64,000 nt of DNA from Gordonia sp. (in: high G+C Gram-positive bacteria) (GTDB lineage Bacteria; Actinomycetota; Actinomycetes; Mycobacteriales; Mycobacteriaceae), in the NCBI RefSeq assembly GCF_012515855.1, contig NZ_JAAYXO010000014.1, forward strand, positions 4,472 to 68,471, in the 5' to 3' direction. The translations under genes were made by a program, and so were the position numbers. This document shows positions 1 to 9,609 of the stretch, one piece after another. Each line of letters opens with the position of its first letter. Position 1 is the first letter of the stretch. The notes beneath the pieces were generated by a model that was given only the letters and a program-made list of their open reading frames with translations, was not told the DNA's origin and did no database searches.

Positions 1-328
1 TCGCGTCCGTCCGGGCCACCAGATCGTGGGTGACCCGGGCGTCGACGCGGATGGCGGTTCCGGGTGCCAGGTCACTGGTCACCCCGCCGACGGTGAAGTC
101 GATGCGGCCGCGCTGCCCGAGCACCACGATCGGGTGCGCCGCGGTGTGCTCGGGCATCGTCTGTCCCGCCCGGAAAGCCAGCCGGATGACGGTCTCGCTC
201 TCGCCCCGATGCAGCACCTTGATCTTCGGGCGCTCGCCGGTGTCCTCGGTGTTCTCCGCGGCCAGGCCGGTGAGGAACTTCCAGGTCGGATCCGGAGCCG
301 GAGTCTCGGACGGGGGGACTTGAGTCAT
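1..328 (-). CDS. Cupin-domain protein, partial (runs off the left edge)
   Basis: Not in the ORF track. Hand translation from ATG at 328: MTQVPPSETPAPDPTWKFLTGLAAENTEDTGERPKIKVLHRGESETVIRLAFRAGQTMPEHTAAHPIVVLGQRGRIDFTVGG...VDARVTHDL. The H-x3-H and late His cupin metal motifs are present; GAAAG lies upstream. Confidence 0.75.
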   Translation of the reverse strand, partial: MTQVPPSETPAPDPTWKFLTGLAAENTEDTGERPKIKVLHRGESETVIRLAFRAGQTMPEHTAAHPIVVLGQRGRIDFTVGGVTSDLAPGTAIRVDARVTHDLVARTDA

Positions 329-389
329 GACGCGACTTTCTGCGCTGGGCTGTGCGGGCGGGCGGTTCGCTGAGGTCAGGCAGCCGGGG

Positions 390-1202
390 TCAGGCGGCCG
401 GCTTGCGGGCGATGACCTCGATGGCCGCCAGCTCGTTGCGGTATGTCCGGAAAACCTTACGCATCCCCAGGATGCGTTGGCGTGCGTCACCGTTGCGGGC
501 GACGTTGGCGACGATCTTGAGGGTGCCCAACAGGCCCTCGTCGGCCAGGTTGCGGCGCGGCTCGAGCAGCGCCATCTTGCCGAAGCGCACCCGCTCGACC
601 TCGAAGCCTGCCTTCTCCAGAACCTCGCGCCACTCGTGCTCGGTGAGCGGGCGGGCGTTGACCTTGATCGAGCGGGCCAGAGCCTTACTGATCTCGGCCT
701 TCTGGTCGTCGGACAGGGTGTCCGGGTTCAGTGCCAGCTCGTGGATGGCGTAGCGACCGCCCGGACGCAGCACCCGGAAGGCCTCGCCGACGATGGCGTC
801 CTTGCCGCGGGTGGACTGCATGGTCAGCATGGCCTCGCCGACCACCACGTCGGCCGCATCGGCGGTCAGGCCGGTCTTGGCCGCATCGGCTTCGACGACG
901 GTGCCGCGGGCGCCGACCACCGACTGGGTCAGGGCGACGGCCTCCGGGTCGGCCTCGACGCCGGTGTACGACTTGGGATTCGCCTTGACGATGTCGCCGG
1001 CGGTCTTGCCCAGGCCGGGGGCCAATTCGACGACGTCGGCGCCGGTCAGGCCGGCGTCGGCCAGCAGCTGGCTGGTCATCTCCAGGCCACCGGGGCGCAG
1101 CACGCGCTTGCCCATCCGGGCCAGCAGCCAGTGGCCCGGCATGTCGGCGTCCTTGCGTCCGGCCATCGGCAGATCGTCGTGGGGATGTTCGTGCTGGCTC
1201 AT
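390..1202 (-). CDS. Class I SAM-dependent methyltransferase
   Basis: SAM motif VVELAPGLG and post-motif RVLRPGG; GHWLLARMGKRVLRPGG N-terminus. Start moved to ATG 1202, which has an AGGAG RBS. Confidence 0.85.
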   Translation of the reverse strand: MSQHEHPHDDLPMAGRKDADMPGHWLLARMGKRVLRPGGLEMTSQLLADAGLTGADVVELAPGLGKTAGDIVKANPKSYTGVEADPEAVALTQSVVGARGTVVEADAAKTGLTADAADVVVGEAMLTMQSTRGKDAIVGEAFRVLRPGGRYAIHELALNPDTLSDDQKAEISKALARSIKVNARPLTEHEWREVLEKAGFEVERVRFGKMALLEPRRNLADEGLLGTLKIVANVARNGDARQRILGMRKVFRTYRNELAAIEVIARKPAA

Positions 1203-1400
1203 GATCGACGCTCCTGTGGGGCGATGAGGTTTCAAGGAATTCAACTGCTGTTAATAGCCTAGCCTTACCGACTCGCCAGAACCTAGAGGCATTCTGCTGA
1301 GAGCTTGCTCACGCGGTAGGCATCGATCGCTTCGGGGCCTCGTGGGAAGGACGGAAACCATAGTGCCGCAGAGGCTTTCGGCAAAGGTGAACGGGAAGGC

Positions 1401-2042
1401 TCAGGCCGGCTTGTGAGCGTGCACATACTGTCCGGTGCCGGTGATCGTCTGCTCGACGTGCATCATGCCCAGCTTTTCGAGGTGGTCGACGATCTCCCGG
1501 CGGCCGAAGATGCGCAGTCCGGTCAGGCCGGCGACGGCGTCGACGCCGGGCAGGCCGGCCACCGAGGCGTCGACCGAGGTGAACACGATCAGCTCGCCGC
1601 CGGGCCGCAGCACCCGGAACATCTCGTCGAGCACCGGCAGCGGATCCGGGATCAGGTAGAGCGCGGCCAGGCAGGTGGCCGTGTCGAAGGAGTCGGCGGT
1701 CAGCGGCAGGTGATGGGCGTCGCCGCGAATGAAGGTGATGCGCGGATGATCGTGCACCCGTGCGGCCTCGGCCAGCATCGGTGCCGAGAAGTCCAGTCCC
1801 ACATAGTGTCCGCGGCCGGTCAGGCCGCGCACCGCGTCGGCGGCGTAGTTGCCGGGACCGCAGGCCACGTCGAGCACCGCGCGTTCGCCGGGGCGGGCGA
1901 GGTAGGCGCGCAGCGCCCGGTCGTAGTCGGCCGTCGCGCTGCCGCCGAGGCTGAAACCGCGGGTGAAGACCGGCCGCCACAGCTTCTCGTAGATCTGTGA
2001 GAACAGCCGGTTCTGCATGAGCCGGGCGGCGGGGGAGTTCAT
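1401..2042 (-). CDS. Class I SAM-dependent methyltransferase (type 11-like)
   Basis: VLDVACGPG, GLDFSAPML, RGDAHHLPL, RVLRPGG; start overlaps the stop of the upstream gene. Confidence 0.85.
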   Translation of the reverse strand: MNSPAARLMQNRLFSQIYEKLWRPVFTRGFSLGGSATADYDRALRAYLARPGERAVLDVACGPGNYAADAVRGLTGRGHYVGLDFSAPMLAEAARVHDHPRITFIRGDAHHLPLTADSFDTATCLAALYLIPDPLPVLDEMFRVLRPGGELIVFTSVDASVAGLPGVDAVAGLTGLRIFGRREIVDHLEKLGMMHVEQTITGTGQYVHAHKPA

Positions 2043-2587
2043 CAGCGGCCCGGAGCGAAGGTGTCGCGCTGGACGCGCAGGACGCCGATGGTCGTCGCGA
2101 GCGAGTCGTACTGGCCCACCAGCAGGAGGAAGGCGATGGCCTTGCGCTCGGTGAGGTGCCGGCGCAGCGCCTGCCAGGTGCCGTCGGTGATGTCCCGGGT
2201 GCCGACGAGCTCGTCCACGGCCAGCAGCAGCGTTCGTTCGCGGTCGCCCCAGCCGGCGTCCGGGCCGTCGAGGATCCGGGCGTACAGCTCGCCGGTGATC
2301 CCGGCCTTGGCGCCGAGGCGCCGGTGATGGTCGAGTTCGTAGTCGCAGCCGCGCAGGTGGGCGACCCGGATGATGATCATCTCGGTCTCTTTGCGGGACA
2401 GCTCCCCGAACGGCATCATCCGGCTCGAATAGTGCAGCCAGCCGCGGAACAGACCCTTGGAGCGGCCGAGCGTGGCGAAGATGTGTGCATTGTCGGTGCC
2501 GGTCGCCAGGGACATGGCGCGCACCACCAGCCAGTTGATCGGTCCGAGCTCGGCCAGTCGTCCCGGTTCCACCCGCGCATCGCTCAT
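2042..2587 (-). CDS. Carboxymuconolactone decarboxylase/AhpD-family protein (Rv0464c-like)
   Basis: ELSRKETEMIIIRVAHLRGCDYELDHH motif; adjacent to ramB as in mycobacteria; start at ATG 2587 (MSDARVEPG). Confidence 0.85.
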   Translation of the reverse strand: MSDARVEPGRLAELGPINWLVVRAMSLATGTDNAHIFATLGRSKGLFRGWLHYSSRMMPFGELSRKETEMIIIRVAHLRGCDYELDHHRRLGAKAGITGELYARILDGPDAGWGDRERTLLLAVDELVGTRDITDGTWQALRRHLTERKAIAFLLLVGQYDSLATTIGVLRVQRDTFAPGR

Positions 2588-2694
2588 GGAACGACCGTAT
2601 CGGAATGTGTCGACGGTCACCATGTGGCCGGGCCGCTCAGCCGGCGACGGGGCCTCGCCGCGGAGAACGGGTGGCGGCGCAGCCCGGGGCGGGT

Positions 2695-4125
2695 TCAGTC
2701 GGCGCGCGGCCGGCTCAGATACGGGGAGACGGTGCTGCGGTGCTCGTCGATGTCCAGGGCGGCGCCGAGCGGCGGGAAGGCGCGCTGTGAGCAGTTGGTC
2801 CGCTCGCACACCCGGCAGCCGGCGCCGATCGGGGTGACCCGCGCCTGCGGGCCGAGTTCCAGGCCGTCGGAGTAGACCACCCGGCCGGCGTGCCGCAGCT
2901 CGCAGCCCATGCCGATCGCGAAACTCTTGGGCGACTGTCCGTATCGCGCGGCCCGGCGTTCGACGGTACGGGAGACCCAGAAGTACTCGCGGCCGTCCGG
3001 CATCTCGGTGATCTGGGTGAGGATCTTGCCGGGGGAGCCGAAGGTCTCGTAGACATTCCACAGCGGGCAGGTGCCACCGCTCGCGGAGAAGTGGAAGCTG
3101 GTGGCGGACTGTCGTTTCGACATGTTCCCGGCGCGGTCGATCCGGACGAAGGTCCACGGCACCCCGCGCAGGTTCGGTCGCTGCAGCGTCGACAGCCGAT
3201 GGCAGACGGTCTCGTAGGAGACGGCGTAGAACGCCGACAGCCGCTCGATGTCGTAGCGGAAATCCTCTGCGGCGCCGTGGAACTGGGAGTAGGGGAGGAT
3301 CGCGGCCGCGGCGAAGTAGCTGGCCAGCCCCTGCCGGGCGAGGGTCACCGCGTCCTCGGTGGAGAAGTTGCCCTCGGCGATCAGCTCGTCGATCAGGTCG
3401 CCGAACTCGAGGAAGGCCAGCTCGGAGGCGATCCGGAAGCTGCGCTGCCCGGGTGACAGAGCGGCGGAGAACTCCAGCAGCCGCCGGTCCGGGTCGAACC
3501 GGTGCAGGACGTTGTCGCCGAGGTCGACGCGGCGCATGACGCGCACCGAATGGCGGTCCTCGAGCCGGTCCATCAGCCCGTTCCGGATGTCCACCGAGTG
3601 CATGCGCATCCGGGAGGTGAGGTCCTCGGCCGCCACGTCGAGTTCGTGAATGTAGTTGCGGCGGTCGTAGAAGTAGGTGCGCACCTCCTCGTGCGGGGCG
3701 CTGATCACCCCGCGCATGCCGGGGTCGCCGCGGCCGGAGGTGACGGCCGCGAGCTGCTCGGAGATCAGCCGGTAGCGCCGGTGCAGGTTGACCATCGCCT
3801 CGGCGATAGGCCGATGTCCGCCGACCATGGCGCTGATCGCGGCGGCCTCGGCGGCCGACGGCGCGGTCTCGAGGTCCTCCTCCATCAGCGCCTCGCGGAG
3901 TTCGGCGATCAGCCGGACGTCGTCCTGCGGGTCGAAGAAGCCGATGTCGATGCCGAAGATCTCGCTGATCCGGCCGAGCACCGAGGCCGTCAGCGGGCGT
4001 GAGTCGTGCTCCATCTGGTTCAGATAGGACGCCGAGATGCCCAGCGTTTTGGCCATGTCCTGCTGCGACAGTCCGCGCTCGCCGCGCAGCTGCCGCAATC
4101 GTGAACCCACGTAGGTCTTACTCAT
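2695..4125 (-). CDS. ramB: RamB/PrpR-family short-chain acyl-CoA-responsive XRE regulator
   Basis: N-terminal HTH (MSKTYVGSRLRQLRGERGLSQ), GGTCPLW and C-terminal GCRVCERTNC Fe-S cysteines; next to icl as in M. tuberculosis (Rv0465c). Confidence 0.9.
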   Translation of the reverse strand: MSKTYVGSRLRQLRGERGLSQQDMAKTLGISASYLNQMEHDSRPLTASVLGRISEIFGIDIGFFDPQDDVRLIAELREALMEEDLETAPSAAEAAAISAMVGGHRPIAEAMVNLHRRYRLISEQLAAVTSGRGDPGMRGVISAPHEEVRTYFYDRRNYIHELDVAAEDLTSRMRMHSVDIRNGLMDRLEDRHSVRVMRRVDLGDNVLHRFDPDRRLLEFSAALSPGQRSFRIASELAFLEFGDLIDELIAEGNFSTEDAVTLARQGLASYFAAAAILPYSQFHGAAEDFRYDIERLSAFYAVSYETVCHRLSTLQRPNLRGVPWTFVRIDRAGNMSKRQSATSFHFSASGGTCPLWNVYETFGSPGKILTQITEMPDGREYFWVSRTVERRAARYGQSPKSFAIGMGCELRHAGRVVYSDGLELGPQARVTPIGAGCRVCERTNCSQRAFPPLGAALDIDEHRSTVSPYLSRPRAD

Positions 4126-4229
4126 GGCCGTGCCTCCTGCTGTCGGGTTCCGGTGTCGGCTGTCGTGTTCCGGCGCCGCCGAGCCGGTACGGTGACCGCG
4201 TGCCGATCGATACCCCGCGCCGAGCCCGG

Positions 4230-4964
4230 ATGCTGCGCAACCGGTTGCTGGTCTCCATCCTGACCGCTGCGACGCTGGTGGGTGCGGTGACCGGCTGCTC
4301 CGGTGCCGATGACGCCCCACTGCCGCTGACCGCGCTGGTCCTCGAATCGGATGCGCTGCCGGCCGGCTACACGCTGTACACCCAGGCGACCGTCGACGAG
4401 CTGATCGGCGTCAACCGCCGCACCCTGGAGCAGGCGGAGACGGTGGAGTTCCGTCCCGAGGAGTGCCGGCCGACCGCCGATGCCGACTTCAACCCGCGGT
4501 TGACCTCGGAGAACACCGTGCTGCTGGTGGCCCAGTCGGAGTCCGGCACGCTGTCCGAGGTGGTCAGCACCGTGGTGCGCGACCTCGGCGCCGACCGCCG
4601 GGCCACCACCGGTGCCTGCCGGATCGTCACTGCGGTGCCCACCCGCGGCACCCTGGCGACCGCGGAGATCGTCACCCGGAACACCGAATTGACCGGTCCC
4701 CGTGGTGATTTCGTCAAGCAGTCCGTCGTCGTCCGCTCGGACACGGTGACCACCCTGGGTGACGGCGGGGTGCGGGTGCGCAGCGCGCTGCTGTCGAATG
4801 TGCTGGTCCAGCGTCCCGACGGGCAGACGGTCACGGTGCAGCTGAACGTAGCCGGCCCGGACTCGGCGGTGCAGCCGACCGCCCCGGAAGCCATCGATCC
4901 GCCGCTGTCCGATGCCGAGTTCACCGAACTCGTCCAGCAGGCCGCCGAGCGCGCCGCTCGCTGA
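4230..4964 (+). CDS. Putative lipoprotein of unknown function
   Basis: Signal peptide MLRNRLLVSILTAATLVGAVTG followed by a lipobox Cys (VTG-C); CRP and ACR cysteines could form a disulfide. Confidence 0.7.
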   Translation: MLRNRLLVSILTAATLVGAVTGCSGADDAPLPLTALVLESDALPAGYTLYTQATVDELIGVNRRTLEQAETVEFRPEECRPTADADFNPRLTSENTVLLVAQSESGTLSEVVSTVVRDLGADRRATTGACRIVTAVPTRGTLATAEIVTRNTELTGPRGDFVKQSVVVRSDTVTTLGDGGVRVRSALLSNVLVQRPDGQTVTVQLNVAGPDSAVQPTAPEAIDPPLSDAEFTELVQQAAERAAR

Positions 4965-5009
4965 GTCCGCGCCGGACCCGGTTCTCGGCCGCTCGGCCGC
5001 CGGGCGGCC

Positions 5010-5025
5010 TGTGAGGTCACCCACA
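5010..5025. promoter_or_regulatory. Possible CRP/GlxR site upstream of icl
   Basis: TGTGAGGTCACCCACA matches TGTGA-N6-TCACA with one mismatch. Confidence 0.4.
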
Positions 5026-5166
5026 AACCCCGACTCGCCGGTAACTTGTTGGCGCACTCGAACTCCCCACGGGCTGTGAGCATCTCGCCCCGGGGCGCAT
5101 CGGGGTTCTTGCAGTACGCACGTACTTTTTCGCAGGGCGGCCGACGAATCCACACGATCAGATTTA

Positions 5167-5179
5167 CAAACTTTGCAAA
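5167..5179. promoter_or_regulatory. RamB/PrpR-type operator upstream of icl
   Basis: CAAACTTTGCAAA matches the C. glutamicum RamB consensus A(A/G)AACTTTGCAAA at 12/13 and contains the palindrome TTTGCAAA. A weaker TTTGCAGTTCGCAA follows near 5204. Confidence 0.75.
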
Positions 5180-5353
5180 ACCCGTCAAAAAGCTGGCCCT
5201 AGTTTGCAGTTCGCAATCGCTGGACCAGGGCATTTGTCGTATGGCACAGTGAATCCAGGCAATGCCTCAAGGCGCGGCTCGGTTTGCATAAATCGACACC
5301 TCGCCGATCACGAAGACACTGCACTGCCGCAGTCACGAACGAAAGCGAAGGCT

Positions 5354-6643
5354 ATGAGCAACGTCGGAAAGCCCCGTACCGCTGAAGAGCTCCAGAAGGA
5401 TTGGGACACCAACCCCCGCTGGAAGGGTGTCACCCGCAACTACACCGCGGACCAGGTCGTCAAGCTGCAGGGCAGCGTCGTCGAAGAGGCCACCCTCGCT
5501 CGACGCGGCTCGGAGATCCTGTGGGACCTGGTGAACAACGAGGACTACATCAACTCCCTCGGCGCCCTCACCGGCAACCAGGCCGTGCAGCAGGTGCGCG
5601 CCGGCCTCAAGGCCATCTACCTCTCCGGCTGGCAGGTCGCCGGTGACGCGAACCTCTCGGGCCACACCTACCCGGACCAGAGCCTCTACCCGGCCAACTC
5701 GGTCCCGCAGGTCGTCCGTCGCATCAACAACGCCATGCTGCGCGCCGATGAGATCGCTCGCGTCGAAGGCGACACCTCGGTCGACAACTGGGTCGTGCCG
5801 ATCGTGGCCGACGGCGAGGCCGGCTTCGGTGGCGCCCTCAACGTCTACGAGCTCCAGAAGGCCATGATCGCCGCAGGCGTCGCCGGCTCGCACTGGGAGG
5901 ACCAGCTCGCTTCGGAGAAGAAGTGCGGCCACCTCGGCGGCAAGGTGCTGATCCCCACCCAGCAGCACATCCGCACCCTGACCTCGGCTCGCCTGGCTGC
6001 TGACGTCGCCGGTGTGCCGACCGTCGTCATCGCCCGCACCGACGCCGAGGCAGCCACCCTGATCACCTCGGACGTCGACGAGCGCGACCGCCCGTTCCTG
6101 GACGGCACCCGCACCTCGGAAGGCTTCTACGGCGTCAAGAACGGCATCGAGCCCTCGATCGCCCGCGCCAAGGCCTACGCACCGTACTCGGACCTCATCT
6201 GGATGGAGACCGGTGTTCCGGATCTCGAGGTCGCCAAGAAGTTCGCCGAGTCGGTCAAGGCTGACTTCCCGGACCAGCTGCTGGCTTACAACTGCAGCCC
6301 GTCCTTCAACTGGAAGGCTCACCTGGACGACGCGACCATCGCGAAGTTCCAGAAGGAGCTCGGCGCTATGGGCTTCAAGTTCCAGTTCATCACCCTGGCC
6401 GGCTTCCACTCGCTCAACTACGGCATGTTCGACCTTGCCTACGGCTACGCTCGCGAGGGCATGACCGCATTCGTCGACCTGCAGGAGCGCGAGTTCAAGG
6501 CAGCCGAGGAGCGCGGCTTCACCGCCATCAAGCACCAGCGTGAGGTCGGCGCAGGCTACTTCGACCAGGTCGCCACCACTGTCGACCCGAACACCTCGAC
6601 CGCAGCCCTGAAGGGCTCGACCGAAGAGGGCCAGTTCCACTAG
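5354..6643 (+). CDS. aceA: Isocitrate lyase
   Basis: KKCGHLGGK catalytic motif, [18 protein letters not shown]; 429 aa from MSNVGKPRT; strongly biased codon usage. Confidence 0.98.
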   Translation: MSNVGKPRTAEELQKDWDTNPRWKGVTRNYTADQVVKLQGSVVEEATLARRGSEILWDLVNNEDYINSLGALTGNQAVQQVRAGLKAIYLSGWQVAGDANLSGHTYPDQSLYPANSVPQVVRRINNAMLRADEIARVEGDTSVDNWVVPIVADGEAGFGGALNVYELQKAMIAAGVAGSHWEDQLASEKKCGHLGGKVLIPTQQHIRTLTSARLAADVAGVPTVVIARTDAEAATLITSDVDERDRPFLDGTRTSEGFYGVKNGIEPSIARAKAYAPYSDLIWMETGVPDLEVAKKFAESVKADFPDQLLAYNCSPSFNWKAHLDDATIAKFQKELGAMGFKFQFITLAGFHSLNYGMFDLAYGYAREGMTAFVDLQEREFKAAEERGFTAIKHQREVGAGYFDQVATTVDPNTSTAALKGSTEEGQFH

Positions 6644-6687
6644 GAACTCGAGTCGATCTCACGAGTCGAGGTCGAACACAGCATGTT

Positions 6688-6735
6688 GAGCCCGGGGCAC
6701 ACAGGAGGGGCAACCCTCCTGTGTGCCCCGGGTTC
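6688..6735 (+). terminator. Long hairpin between icl and fadB2
   Basis: Perfect 19-bp stem CCCGGGGCACACAGGAGGG / CCCTCCTGTGTGCCCCGGG with a GCAA tetraloop, extendable to 22 bp with one G-U pair. Confidence 0.8.
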
Positions 6736-6833
6736 CTTGCTAAGCGGGCAGCTTCACCGGCGGCGTCGTGTCGCCGTCTTCAGGCGCGTTCTTCGTGGCG
6801 CAACCAGTCGCACAACCTCCAGGAGCACCATTC

Positions 6834-7709
6834 ATGGCAACCGAGAAGATCTCGCGCGTCGGCATCGTCGGCGCCGGTCAGATGGGTGCGGGTATCGCGG
6901 AGGTATGTGCCCGCGCCGGCGTGGACGTGCTCGTCTACGAGACGACCCGCGAGTTGGCCGCCGCGGGCCGCACCCGGATTCTGCGTTCGCTCGATCGCGG
7001 CGTCAGCAGCGGGAAGCTGACCGAGCGCGAACGCGAGCAGGCGTCGTGGCGCTTGCGATTCACCTCTGATCTCACCGACTTCGCCGACCGGCAACTGGTG
7101 GTCGAGGCCGTCGTCGAGGATGAGGCCGTCAAGGCCGAACTCTTCCGTGAGCTCGACAAGGTCGTCACCGCTCCGGACGCGATTCTGGCCTCGAACACCT
7201 CGTCGATTCCGATCATGAAGCTCGGCATGGCGACGCAGGACGCCGGCCGCGTGATCGGTCTGCACTTCTTCAACCCCGTCCCCGTGCTGCCGCTGGTTGA
7301 ACTCATCACCACGCTGATGACGTCCGACGTCGCCGCCGCCCGGGCCGAGGCCTTCGCGCACGACGTTCTCGGCAAGCAGGTCGTCCACTCGTCCGACAGG
7401 TCCGGCTTCGTCGTCAACGCACTCCTGGTGCCCTACCTGCTCTCCGCGGTGCGGATGGCCGAGAGCGGATTCGCGACCGTCGAGGACATCGACAAGGCGA
7501 TGGTGCTCGGCTGCGCGCATCCGATGGGGCCGTTGAAGCTCACCGATCTGGTCGGTCTCGACACGGTCAAGGCGATCGCCGACAAGATGTACGAGGAGTT
7601 CAAGGAACCGTTGTACTCGCCGCCGCCGCTGTTGCTGCGGATGGTCGAGGCGGGTCGTCTCGGAAAGAAGACGGGGCAGGGATTCTTCCGGTACGCGGAC
7701 GTGAAATAG
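6834..7709 (+). CDS. fadB2: 3-hydroxybutyryl-CoA dehydrogenase
   Basis: VGIVGAGQMGAG Rossmann motif, LASNTSS, GLHFFNP, HPMGP; follows icl as Rv0468 does. Confidence 0.92.
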   Translation: MATEKISRVGIVGAGQMGAGIAEVCARAGVDVLVYETTRELAAAGRTRILRSLDRGVSSGKLTEREREQASWRLRFTSDLTDFADRQLVVEAVVEDEAVKAELFRELDKVVTAPDAILASNTSSIPIMKLGMATQDAGRVIGLHFFNPVPVLPLVELITTLMTSDVAAARAEAFAHDVLGKQVVHSSDRSGFVVNALLVPYLLSAVRMAESGFATVEDIDKAMVLGCAHPMGPLKLTDLVGLDTVKAIADKMYEEFKEPLYSPPPLLLRMVEAGRLGKKTGQGFFRYADVK

Positions 7710-7774
7710 GCCGCCAAGTGGTTGCTGTAGCAAGCATGATCGGGGACCTCGTGGTCGTCGTTGCAACCCAGGAT

Positions 7775-7933
7775 CATAGGATTTGCTAGCAGTTAGCTAA
7801 ATGGCGCAAGCCGGGCGGGTAGGACCATCTCGTTGCTGAAGGCCAGGTAAGCGTAGGTTTACTTCTGGCTGAAAGTATGTCTTCGAGCGTGACATCGACC
7901 ACTCTGCTAGCTGATTCGCTAGCTTTTGTTAGC
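7775..7933. promoter_or_regulatory. Cluster of GCTAGC-based palindromic boxes upstream of hbhA
   Basis: CATAGGA-TT-TGCTAGC (7775-7790), TGCTAGC (7905-7911) and GCTAGCT-TT-TGTTAGC (7918-7933) in an AT-rich intergenic region. Confidence 0.55.
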
Positions 7934-7981
7934 ACTGTGGCGCACACTGATAGTGCAAGTTATCGCAAGCAAGGAGTTACC

Positions 7982-8680
7982 ATGAGCACCGTCGAACGTA
8001 CCCTCCCCACCCCGGTCTACGCCGTCGTCGGCGCCGGTGACGTCGCCGTCCAGGAAGTCAAGGACGCCCTCGCCGAGCTGAAGACCCGCGCACAGTCGTC
8101 GCGTGAGCGCACCCAGACCCGCCTGGACGAGACCCGCGCCCGCCTGACCGAGCTGCCGACCGAGTTCCCCAGCGTCGAAGAGCTGCGCGCCAAGCTGACC
8201 ACCGAGGAGCTCCTCAAGGTCGCTGAGCCGTACATCGAGGCCACCACCGGCCTGTACAACTCGCTCGCGGAGCGTGGCGAGAGCGCTGTCGAGCGTCTCC
8301 GTCAGACCCCGTACGTCGAGGAGAACATCGCCCGCGTCGAGAAGGTCTACGCGGACGCTGTGGACCTGACCGAGGACGCCCTGGGCGCCGTGTCGACCCA
8401 GACCCGCGAGCTGGGCGAGCGCGCTGCCGCACTGGCCGGCCGCACCGCTGATCGCGTCGAGGACGCGGCTGTCGCCGCTGACGAGGTCTCGGAGAAGCTG
8501 CTCGACGCGGCTGCCGACATCGAGTCCGCAGGCGTCAAGGCCAAGGCTGACGCCGACGCCGCCGCCGAGAAGGTCACCGCGACCGCCGCACGCAAGCCGG
8601 CTGCGAAGCCCGCCGCCAAGAAGGCTGCACCCGCCAAGAAGGCCGCTCCGGCCAAGAAGGCTGCACCGACCGCCAAGTGA
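7982..8680 (+). CDS. hbhA: Heparin-binding haemagglutinin / TadA-MLDS lipid-droplet protein
   Basis: PVYAVVGAGDVAVQ N-terminus, coiled-coil body, C-terminal (KKAAPA)n repeats; AAGGAG RBS. Confidence 0.9.
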   Translation: MSTVERTLPTPVYAVVGAGDVAVQEVKDALAELKTRAQSSRERTQTRLDETRARLTELPTEFPSVEELRAKLTTEELLKVAEPYIEATTGLYNSLAERGESAVERLRQTPYVEENIARVEKVYADAVDLTEDALGAVSTQTRELGERAAALAGRTADRVEDAAVAADEVSEKLLDAAADIESAGVKAKADADAAAEKVTATAARKPAAKPAAKKAAPAKKAAPAKKAAPTAK

Positions 8681-8715
8681 TTCGCCCTGACGTGAGTCGC
8701 TAGCGAACAGCTGAC

Positions 8716-8752
8716 AGACCGGCCCGGACACCTCGTGTGTCCGGGCCGGTCT
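8716..8752. terminator. Bidirectional terminator hairpin
   Basis: Perfect 16-bp stem AGACCGGCCCGGACAC / GTGTCCGGGCCGGTCT between convergent genes, followed by TTCTGTT. Confidence 0.8.
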
Positions 8753-8772
8753 TTCTGTTCAGGGCCGGAGAT

Positions 8773-9600
8773 TCAGGGCCGGGGGTCTGGGCCGGACGTT
8801 GTCCGCGAGACGGAGGTGGGATCACTCGACCGGGGGAGCTTCGGCGGGTCGGCGGCGAACGCCTTCGGGTCGCCACCCGCGGCCACGATGCCTACCAGGC
8901 CGCTCCAGATCAGCATCGTGAGCTCATCGGTGATCTCGGTGGACGATCGATCCGGGTCGGTGATCCACTCCTCGACCGAACGGGTGGTCGCGCCGACGAT
9001 CGCGCGCGCCCAGGTGCGGGCCCCGGCCACCTGCGCACCGCGAGCGGCGAACCGAGCGTCCAGGGTGGATTCGAGCGCGCCGGCGAAGATCTTCTCGGCA
9101 TCGGCGGCCACCGGGCGGCTTCCAGACGGTCGGGCCATCGTGAAGCGATAGACGTTCGGGTCCGACGACACGGTCTCGACGTAGACGCTGATCGTCGCCT
9201 GCACCAGGTGGTAGTCGCCGATGTCGCCGGAGAGCGCCTCGATCAGCCGCGGCATGATCGTGGACTCGACATAGGCGAGGGTCACGGCGGCGGCGAGGTC
9301 GTTCTTGTCTGCGAAGTAGCGATACAGCACGGTCTTGGAGACCCCGATGTGGCGTGCGATGTCGTCCATCCCCGCGTCGGCGCCGAGGGCGCGGACCGCC
9401 TCGATGGTGCCCGTGGTCAACTCGGCGCGACGATCCTGCTTGTGCTTCTCCCAGCGCTGCTTGCGCCCATCGGATGCGACGGCCTCCACTGCAGGGGTGA
9501 GGACTCGCTGTTCCAACTCACGAGTCAACGTCGCAGCCGCGTTCACAGCTGCGCGTGCGGCGCTCGTCGGTATCGGTGGGTTCGGCATCACTGGCAACAC
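8773..9600 (-). CDS. TetR-family regulator (Rv0472c-like); start uncertain
   Basis: DGRKQRWEKHK...GMDDIARHIGVSKTVLYRYF HTH; divergent from the DUF445 gene as in mycobacteria. Confidence 0.88.
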   Translation of the reverse strand: MLPVMPNPPIPTSAARAAVNAAATLTRELEQRVLTPAVEAVASDGRKQRWEKHKQDRRAELTTGTIEAVRALGADAGMDDIARHIGVSKTVLYRYFADKNDLAAAVTLAYVESTIMPRLIEALSGDIGDYHLVQATISVYVETVSSDPNVYRFTMARPSGSRPVAADAEKIFAGALESTLDARFAARGAQVAGARTWARAIVGATTRSVEEWITDPDRSSTEITDELTMLIWSGLVGIVAAGGDPKAFAADPPKLPRSSDPTSVSRTTSGPDPRP

Positions 9601-9609
9601 TAGTAGGCC

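Noticed and set aside
1245-1400. Riboswitch upstream of the first methyltransferase
   Set aside because: GGGAAG and GCAAA fragments are present, but I could not build SAM, cobalamin or cyclic-dinucleotide cores. An Rfam/Infernal scan would be decisive.
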